Below are positions 57,380 through 64,000 of a stretch of DNA of 64,000 nt, one piece after another; positions within the stretch are counted from its first letter, which is position 1, and the number at the start of each line of letters is the position of its first letter. Under the pieces are notes generated by a model. That model searched no databases. It was not told the DNA's origin and was given only the letters and a program-made list of their open reading frames with translations. The DNA lies in the NCBI GenBank assembly GCA_036263955.1, contig DATARX010000176.1:4582-68581 (forward strand), written 5' to 3'. The stretch comes from Rhodopila sp. GTDB taxonomy: Bacteria; Pseudomonadota; Alphaproteobacteria; Acetobacterales; Acetobacteraceae. Position numbers and translations under genes: made by a program.

Positions 57380-58612
57380 GTGAGCACCACGACGATCGAC
57401 TACAGCAAGCTGTTCAGCACCGATCTGCCCGCCCCGGCACCGCGCTGGACGCCGTTTCCGAAATACTACTTCATCGGCGGCAACAACGATCCGGAGCAGA
57501 TCCCGATCGAGGGACTGATCGATGCCGCCGCTTCCGTTCTCCGCCGCGACGGATCGAAACTGGCAATCTATAACCTCGGGCTCGGGCCGCAGGGTTATCC
57601 GGGACTGCGTCAATTCGTGGCCGACAAATGCGACCGGCAGCGGGGCATCAAGGCGTCGATCGACGACATCCTGATCACCACCGGATCGGGACAAGGCCTG
57701 GACATGATCAGCAAGTTGCTGGTGAACCCGGGCGAGACCGTACTGACGGAGGAATACTGTTACCAGGGCGCGATGAACCGGTTTCGTAAGCTGGGGGCAA
57801 AACTTGTCGGCATGAAGCTGGATGCCGACGGGATCGTCATCGAGGCGCTGGCGCAACAACTGGCGGACCTTAAATCGCGGGGCATTACGCCGAAGTTCAT
57901 CTACACGATCCCGACGATCCAGAACCCCACCGCGAGCATCCTGCCGCTTGACCGGCGCCTGGCCTTGCTCGCTTTGGCTCGGGAATACAATGTCGCGATC
58001 TTTGAGGATGAATGCTACGCTGATCTGCTGTGGGACGGCGTCGAGGCTCCGCCCGCGCTCTACGCACTGGATCCCGGCTGCGTCATTCACCTTGGCTCCT
58101 TTTCGAAGTCGCTGGCACCGGCGCTGCGGCTTGGCTACGTGATCGCCGGATGGGACATTATGAGCCGGCTGCTGCCGTTGAAGGGCGATAGCGGCACGGG
58201 CGCGCTGGATCAGATGGTTGTCGCCGAGTATTTCTCCAAGAACTTCGCCCGTCATCTGGGACATCTGAACGGCGTCCTGCGGGAGAAACTCGATACCATG
58301 ACCGAGGCTGTGGCGCGCGAGTTCGGGTCGGCAGCCGAATGCTGGGCACCGAAAGGTGGAATTTTCCTGTGGATCAAACTGCCGCCGCAGATCGACGTGC
58401 GTACCCTGGTGAAGCCGGCGGCCGACGCCGGGATCGTGTTCAATCCGGGACCGGAATGGGCGGTTAGCGCGGATAATTCCAGTAACTGTCTGCGTCTTTG
58501 CTTCGCGATGCCAAGCAAGCAGACGATCCGCGACGGCGTGGCGGAATTGGCTCGCGTCTGTTACGAGCAGACCGGCATTCCGCTGCAAAGCGGAAATGTC
58601 AGACGCGGATGA
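57380..58612 (+). CDS. PLP-dependent aminotransferase, class I (2-aminoadipate transaminase / MocR-AAT-like)
   Basis: ITTGSGQ, QNPT, EDECY, GSFSKSLAPALRLG, LRLCF; GGAGG RBS. Confidence 0.9.
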   Translation: MSTTTIDYSKLFSTDLPAPAPRWTPFPKYYFIGGNNDPEQIPIEGLIDAAASVLRRDGSKLAIYNLGLGPQGYPGLRQFVADKCDRQRGIKASIDDILITTGSGQGLDMISKLLVNPGETVLTEEYCYQGAMNRFRKLGAKLVGMKLDADGIVIEALAQQLADLKSRGITPKFIYTIPTIQNPTASILPLDRRLALLALAREYNVAIFEDECYADLLWDGVEAPPALYALDPGCVIHLGSFSKSLAPALRLGYVIAGWDIMSRLLPLKGDSGTGALDQMVVAEYFSKNFARHLGHLNGVLREKLDTMTEAVAREFGSAAECWAPKGGIFLWIKLPPQIDVRTLVKPAADAGIVFNPGPEWAVSADNSSNCLRLCFAMPSKQTIRDGVAELARVCYEQTGIPLQSGNVRRG

Positions 58613-58621
58613 TCCGCCGGA

Positions 58622-59620
58622 TCAGGCGGTTGCCGTCAGGCTTTGCGTCACGGCGGAAGCCAGCAGCGAATGGCCGGTCGCCGTGGGATGCAGATTGTCG
58701 AAGAACAGATACCCGCTCTGCGCGGCGCCGGTGGCGGCCAGGGTGCCGCTGTTGCTGTCCACCAGATTGCCGTTCCACACGGGCTGCGTGACATTGGTAA
58801 GGCCATAGGTCGCCGGGCTCGCGACCGCGGTGTCCAGCAGGGCGTACGTGTTGATGTAATCAATCGACGCAGCGCCGGACGCCATGATCTGTTGCAATGC
58901 CGCCCCCAGTTCGGCGTTGTATGTCTGCGCCAGCGTACTCGATGTTGCATCGCTTGCCGGCCGCGCCGTCTCATAAGGCGTCACGCCAAGGTCGGTCACG
59001 CTCATGACGAGCAGATTCTTGGCGCCATGGGCGATCAGGCCGTCGATGAAGCCGACTTCGTTGTTGACCGCTTGTTGCACCGACGCCTGCTGCTGCGCCG
59101 GAGTCTGGGTGGAATTCGCGATGTCCAGGACGTCAAGCGATCCGGCCCAAACGGTGTAAAGAGCCGTCGGCGACGGGTTTGGGACCGAGGCGACGAACTG
59201 CCCAAGTTGGGACGGCAGGTCGGCGGGATTGGCGGCATGGACGGACGTCGGACCCGTCTGCGCACCGCCAAACGCATAGTCGGTCCCACCCGCCAGGCTC
59301 GGTTTTGGCGCAGGCAGGCCGAGATTCTGTGCCACATCCTGGACCCAGACATTGCCGTTGCTGAACCGGCCGCCGCTGTAGACGCCGGCGACGGGAACGT
59401 GACCCAGGGTGGCCTGCGACGCATTGCCTGCGTCGGATAGACTATCACCGAACGCGTAGACCGAACTGAAACCGCCGGGCGGAACCGTCAGGTTGTCTGC
59501 GGTCACGAACTGGATCGGCACACCCGGCCCCAGCGCGGGCGCCGTGATCGGCACTGTCTCCGGCGTGACGGGGTTAAGGGCGGCCTCGATGCCGTCGAAC
59601 AGGGATTGGAAGGTTGCCAT
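58622..59620 (-). CDS. SGNH/GDSL hydrolase
   Basis: FGDSLSDAGN, GRFSNG, FFDNLHPT. Confidence 0.88.
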   Translation of the reverse strand: MATFQSLFDGIEAALNPVTPETVPITAPALGPGVPIQFVTADNLTVPPGGFSSVYAFGDSLSDAGNASQATLGHVPVAGVYSGGRFSNGNVWVQDVAQNLGLPAPKPSLAGGTDYAFGGAQTGPTSVHAANPADLPSQLGQFVASVPNPSPTALYTVWAGSLDVLDIANSTQTPAQQQASVQQAVNNEVGFIDGLIAHGAKNLLVMSVTDLGVTPYETARPASDATSSTLAQTYNAELGAALQQIMASGAASIDYINTYALLDTAVASPATYGLTNVTQPVWNGNLVDSNSGTLAATGAAQSGYLFFDNLHPTATGHSLLASAVTQSLTATA

Positions 59621-59667
59621 ACCGCCGCGAACGCCAAACGCGACGGCTAAGTTGCGTTAATTTTCGT

Positions 59668-60471
59668 TCATGTCAGCGCGCCGGGCAACCCGTTGAAAAA
59701 TGCCGTTCGCTGGTTCGCGCCCGTGGCGATGTAGCTGTGGTCCGATCCGGTCAGCACGAATCGCGCGCCCATGGCGACGTAGCGCGACGCGTTCTCCACA
59801 TCGTAAACGCCGCCCATACCAAGGGTCTTGCCGTGCCTGCGGCAGGCATCGCCGACGGATTGATAGGCCTCGATCACCTTCGGGTGACCCATCTGGCCGG
59901 AAATCCCAAGTTCCGCGGTCAGGTCGGAGGTGCCGATGAACAGCACGTCGATGCCGGCGACCGCGGCGATGGTGTCGGCGTTGCGAACGGCTTCCGGGCT
60001 TTCCAGCATGACGATGGTGAGGATCTCGGCGTTGATGGCGACCTGCGCCTCCGCGGTCGAGGGTGGCTGATACCCGTAGATCGCGGGCGGTCCGCCCCAG
60101 CTTCGATGGCCCATCGGCGGGTAGTGGAAGGCGTCGGCAATGCGCTTCGCATCGGCCGCGGTGTCGACGTGCGGCACGACAATGCCGAGCGCACCGTTGT
60201 CGAGGGCTCGTGTCGCTTCGTCCAGGGCGCCGGCGCAGACCCGGACGATCGGGGTCACGCCGGTCGGCAGGGCGGCGATGCACAGCTGCGTGGTTTCCTG
60301 AACATTGAACGCACCGTGTTCGGTGTCGATGAACATCCAGTCATGGCCGCTGGCCGCGGCGAGCACCGGCGTCGCAACCGTCCGCAGATGATGGACGCCG
60401 AACCCAAGCGCCATTTTGCCGGCGGCGAGGCGTCGTTTGGTGGTGTTGGTGGTCAGGGTCATCGTTTCCAT
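59668..60471 (-). CDS. HpcH/HpaI aldolase family protein
   Basis: DWMFIDTEHG, RALDNGA, YPPMGHRS, MLES, DVLFIGTSDL; start uncertain (60462/60471/60537). Confidence 0.9.
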   Translation of the reverse strand: METMTLTTNTTKRRLAAGKMALGFGVHHLRTVATPVLAAASGHDWMFIDTEHGAFNVQETTQLCIAALPTGVTPIVRVCAGALDEATRALDNGALGIVVPHVDTAADAKRIADAFHYPPMGHRSWGGPPAIYGYQPPSTAEAQVAINAEILTIVMLESPEAVRNADTIAAVAGIDVLFIGTSDLTAELGISGQMGHPKVIEAYQSVGDACRRHGKTLGMGGVYDVENASRYVAMGARFVLTGSDHSYIATGANQRTAFFNGLPGALT

Positions 60472-60516
60472 CCCGTTTGATTCTGGCCCATTTGATTTTG
60501 GCCCGTTTGATTTTGG
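60472..60516. repeat. Tandem repeat, 3 x 15 bp (CCCRTTTGATTYTGG)
   Basis: Read directly; encodes GPKSN/GPKSN/GPESN in frame if the aldolase starts at 60537. Confidence 0.9.
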
Positions 60517-60572
60517 CCCATCGGCTTTCTGGTCCATGGTTTCAGGCAGCGCAGCATGGGGCGGCGCGATGG

Positions 60573-62156
60573 TCAATCGGCGACCTGACGGTCCTCCACC
60601 AGCGCCATCAGCGTTTCCAGGCGATCCGCCTCGGCGGCGGGTTTGTCGGTGCGGATGCGCGCCAGGCGAGGAAACCGCATGGCCACGCCGGACTTGTGGC
60701 GGTTCGACAATTGGACCGCGTCGAACGCCACTTCCAGCACCAGGGCTTTCTCCACTTCGCGAACCGGTCCGAACCGGGCGGTGGTATGGTTCCGAATCCA
60801 TCGGTCCAAAAAGCCAAGTTCCTGATCGGTGAAGCCGAAATAGGCCTTGCCGACCGGAACCAATTCGGCGTCGCGCCACAGCCCGAAGGTGTAGTCGGAG
60901 TAGAAACTGCTGCGCTTGCCGTGGCCACGCTGGGCGTACATCAGCACGGCATCGACCGTCAGCGGGTCGCGTTTCCATTTCCACCACTGGCCCTTGACCC
61001 GGCCGGGCAGGTACGGACTGTCGCCGCGCTTCAGCATCAAACCCTCGATCGAAGCGGCGCGCGCGCCGTCGCGCAGGACCATCAATTCCTGCAGCGACGA
61101 AAACCGGATCAGCGGCGACAGGTCCATGCGTGCAGGCGTGACGCGGGCGATCCAGGATTCCAGGCGGGCGCGGCGTTCATCGAAGGCCAGACCGCGCAGA
61201 TCGTCCGTGCCATCGAACAGCAGGTCATAGAGCCGAACCCCAACCGGAAATCGTTCGATCATCTTTGTCGAGACCGCTTTTCGATTCAGCCGCTGCTGCA
61301 AGTCGGCGAAAGGGGCGACCAGGCCATCGCGGAGCACCAGCAATTCGCCGTCCAGCACGGCGTGGAAATCCATCGCATCGACGATCTCGGGGAACGCGCC
61401 GGAGATATCGTCGGCACCGCGCGAATAAAGCCGCCGGCCGCCGGCGGTGGCGACCACCTGGACCCGGATGCCGTCCCATTTCCATTCGGCGCGCCAATGC
61501 TCCGGCTGCAAGGAAGCCAGGTCCGCGGCCTCCAGCGGGTGGGCCAGCATGGGCGGGCGGAACACCGGTGCGTCGGCGGGATCAGGCTTGGGGCCCCTGC
61601 CCTCCAGCCAGGCGAACAGCGGCAGATACGGCGGTTCAAGCCCGTGCCAGACTTCCTCGACGTCGTCCGCCTCGACGCCGCCGACCTCCGCCAGCGCGAT
61701 CTTCGCCAGGCGGCTGGATGCACCAACCCGCAGCCCGCCGGTGATCAGCTTCAGCAGCGCCAATCGCGTCGAGGCATCGGCGCAGTCGAGCCATTCCGCA
61801 ACCAGCCCGGGCAGCGCGGATTTCGGCGCGGTTTCCAGCACCTCGACCACCTCCGACAATGTTGGCGGGTCGCTGGCGACCGGCTTGGCGGGCCAGATCA
61901 ACGCAACGGTTTCGGCCAGGTCGCCGACATAGTCGTACGACCATTCGAACAGCACGGGATCGGTGCGGGCGGCGGCGAGTTCGCGGATCAGTCCCGGTTT
62001 CGCCGTCGTGAAGGAGAGTTCACCGGTGATGGCGGCAAGGCCGATGCCACGGTCCGGGTCGGGCTGCGTGGCGAAATACCGTCGCAGCAGCGCGATCTTG
62101 GCGTTGCGTGACGGTGAGAAGACCAGGCGCTCCAGCAGGGCGGCGAAGGCGATCAT
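60573..62156 (-). CDS. ATP-dependent DNA ligase (DNA-damage-response type)
   Basis: EWKWDG adenylation motif, LDGE, EGLMLK, WWKWKRD, RFPR..RIR.DK. Confidence 0.93.
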   Translation of the reverse strand: MIAFAALLERLVFSPSRNAKIALLRRYFATQPDPDRGIGLAAITGELSFTTAKPGLIRELAAARTDPVLFEWSYDYVGDLAETVALIWPAKPVASDPPTLSEVVEVLETAPKSALPGLVAEWLDCADASTRLALLKLITGGLRVGASSRLAKIALAEVGGVEADDVEEVWHGLEPPYLPLFAWLEGRGPKPDPADAPVFRPPMLAHPLEAADLASLQPEHWRAEWKWDGIRVQVVATAGGRRLYSRGADDISGAFPEIVDAMDFHAVLDGELLVLRDGLVAPFADLQQRLNRKAVSTKMIERFPVGVRLYDLLFDGTDDLRGLAFDERRARLESWIARVTPARMDLSPLIRFSSLQELMVLRDGARAASIEGLMLKRGDSPYLPGRVKGQWWKWKRDPLTVDAVLMYAQRGHGKRSSFYSDYTFGLWRDAELVPVGKAYFGFTDQELGFLDRWIRNHTTARFGPVREVEKALVLEVAFDAVQLSNRHKSGVAMRFPRLARIRTDKPAAEADRLETLMALVEDRQVAD

Positions 62157-62257
62157 ACTGTTGCATGTTGGGCTGATCGCCGGAAAACGCCAGCGCTTCG
62201 GCAAGCAAGCGCATTGCGGTCATGCGAGGAGACTGTTAAACGACGCGTCCCCACGGT

Positions 62258-62334
62258 CGGAGCGTAGCGCAGCCTGGTAGCGCATCAGTCTGGGGGACTG
62301 GGGGTCGTGGGTTCGAATCCCGCCGCTCCGACCA
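62258..62334 (+). tRNA. tRNA-Pro (anticodon GGG)
   Basis: CGGAGCG/CGCTCCG acceptor stem, D-loop AGCCTGGTA, anticodon loop CT-GGG-GG, GTTCGAATC T-loop, encoded CCA; 77 nt. Confidence 0.96.
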
Positions 62335-62474
62335 ATCTCTTCGCCCGGCACTCGGCAGACGGGAAGGTTCGGCGACCAATCCGGCGGGCTGGATCCGCCG
62401 GTCCGCGATCTCATACGGGATCGCTCCGCCCAGGCCGACAATCGGAAGGCTCATCCCGGCGATCGTGCCCGCGA

Positions 62475-63068
62475 TCAAGTGCCGGTTCCCCCGCCGACCG
62501 CCCTGAACCCATACAGTTCCATGGACGCCTGGATCGGCACGACCGTCGGACGCACCGCAAGAGCCGGGCTGCGGAAGTGGACGTCGTTGATCAGGATCCG
62601 TGTCGGTGACTGTTCAACCGATCCAATCAACGCCATCAATACCGGCCAGGACGCCGTGACGGTGATCCGCAGGCTGACACGATGCCAGCGACCGGCCGCC
62701 GCGGGCGCCGGTGCGAGCGTCTCAACCGCCGTCAGACTGGCACCGGCATCGGCGGCCATCTTTTGAACCCGCTCCTGCAGATCCGCCGCGGCGACGGCGT
62801 CCGATTCGCCCGGTAACATCATCGTCGCGGCATCGGCCCCGCCACCCTGCTTGCCAGCCGACGCCGCCCGCAATGCCGGAAGACTCGCGGCCAGCCCCCG
62901 CATGCGGACCAGCATTTCCTGCCGCTGCTCCAGCAAGGCGGTCCGGTCGTCGAACCACGACCACGCGGGGTCGATGATGCCGAACCAGATCACCGCCAGG
63001 CCCAGAAGGCCGATACCGGCAGCGAGAGCCTGCCCACGCCGGCCGCTCAGCCACGAATCGGCAGTCAT
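62475..63068 (-). CDS. gspM: Type II secretion system protein GspM
   Basis: Single N-terminal TM, coiled coil, AAADLQ..V motif; ATGA overlap with the GspL-like gene. Confidence 0.75.
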   Translation of the reverse strand: MTADSWLSGRRGQALAAGIGLLGLAVIWFGIIDPAWSWFDDRTALLEQRQEMLVRMRGLAASLPALRAASAGKQGGGADAATMMLPGESDAVAAADLQERVQKMAADAGASLTAVETLAPAPAAAGRWHRVSLRITVTASWPVLMALIGSVEQSPTRILINDVHFRSPALAVRPTVVPIQASMELYGFRAVGGGTGT

Positions 63069-64000
63069 CGCGCAATCTCCGCCCGGATTGAGAATGTATC
63101 GGTCGTCGCGCCCTCGGTCCGGGTGACCGGAGCCGCGAACGCGGCATCGCGGATTGCGGGATCCGCCGACAGGCCGGCGATCAACCGCGCCGCCGCCGCC
63201 GATCGGCCCCCAAGCACCATTTGCCGATCGCGCAGCGAGAAGTCGGTAAGGTATGTGTCATCCGGAAGGATGCGGGTTACGGTCGCCAGGACCTGCAATA
63301 TGTCACCTGTGCGTGCCATTTCTTTCGCCACGATCTCCTGCCCCGCGCCATCGGCGGTGATGCCGCGCCGTAGCGCCTCAACCTGCCTGATGGAAGGTTG
63401 AAGGTCCTCGATGGCGCTGTTGGTGGCGTGCATAGCGAATTCCTGTATCAGCACGGGCAGAACCAGGGCGATCACCGCGAGGCCGGCACAGGCCCAGGTT
63501 AACCCCCGCACCAACAGCGGACCGGTCGAGCCCCCTGCTTGCTCCCCAATCGCCAGCAGGCGTGGCCGCTCCGCCGGTCCCGTCTCGATGTATCGCGGTT
63601 GGATGCCGGCCTCCGCCAATGCGTCCAGCGCCCCGGCCACGGCGACTTTCGGGACCAATGTCAGAATGACATCCGTCCGGCTTTTGTCGCCGGTCTTCGG
63701 GCGGCCGTCCCACCGCCAGAACACGTCATCCGGCGCGAACGGCGTAATACGCCCAAGTTCGTAACGCAGCATCTGATCGAGTTCCCGGCGCGGCGCCGCC
63801 GGCACGACGTGATGCTTTTCCAGCACGGTCTCGGGCGGCGGCCTCAGAAACACAGGATTTCGGCCCGCAAGCCGAGCGGCGACGTCCGGCGTCAGCGTCT
63901 CCCGCTGTCCGTTTCGACGCTGCGATATCGTTACGTTCTGCGCCCGGTCTACCTCCACGACAACGCCGTCGGACGCCCCGGCGCCGGCGTTCGTCCAGGA
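63065..64000 (-). CDS. gspL: Type II secretion GspL / PilN-domain protein (partial, start lies beyond the window)
   Basis: ELGRITPF, a TM helix, TRILPDDTYL, FAAPV..F.I; the frame is open to the window edge. Confidence 0.75.
   Translation of the reverse strand, partial: SWTNAGAGASDGVVVEVDRAQNVTISQRRNGQRETLTPDVAARLAGRNPVFLRPPPETVLEKHHVVPAAPRRELDQMLRYELGRITPFAPDDVFWRWDGRPKTGDKSRTDVILTLVPKVAVAGALDALAEAGIQPRYIETGPAERPRLLAIGEQAGGSTGPLLVRGLTWACAGLAVIALVLPVLIQEFAMHATNSAIEDLQPSIRQVEALRRGITADGAGQEIVAKEMARTGDILQVLATVTRILPDDTYLTDFSLRDRQMVLGGRSAAAARLIAGLSADPAIRDAAFAAPVTRTEGATTDTFSIRAEIAR

Noticed and set aside
59645-59662. CtrA-like box upstream of the GDSL gene
   Set aside because: Spacing is N6 rather than N7 and the second half-site is imperfect.
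62258-62334. tRNA-Pro as an integration site for an island or prophage
   Set aside because: No integrase, and I did not see a duplicated tRNA 3' end; the flanking genes are chromosomal.

Overview
High-GC bacterial chromosome segment. Gene content suggests an alphaproteobacterium, probably Acetobacteraceae/Rhodospirillales-like (inference). It holds about 58 CDS and one tRNA-Pro(GGG). Left to right: (1) an HpaB-family monooxygenase / COG0523 GTPase / amidohydrolase operon, transporters and regulators; (2) two eroded gene remnants; (3) a translationally coupled hydrogenase-4-like (Ehr-type) operon; (4) hopanoid genes hpnABCD plus an hpnL-like gene next to ispDF; (5) housekeeping and catabolic genes (acyl-CoA ligase, panB, Ldh_2, nitroreductase, NUDIX, amidase); (6) an ~18 kb succinoglycan-like exopolysaccharide cluster with two GH16 glycanases; (7) a tandem LLM-oxidoreductase / dehydrogenase / LVIVD gene run, an aminotransferase, a GDSL hydrolase, an aldolase and an ATP-dependent ligase; (8) the tRNA and the end of a type II secretion operon. 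The most striking observation is the Ehr-like operon: its ORFs are intact, but the Ni-binding cysteines and apparently the whole charged proton-translocation axis are gone, and HyfE and HyfF appear fused. Next are the non-canonical exo cluster with a 56-aa membrane peptide missing from the ORF track, and a BRU-RS/RIME-like palindromic element. No CRISPR array, integrase or transposase was seen. All homology calls come from motif recognition by eye; no database searches were run.
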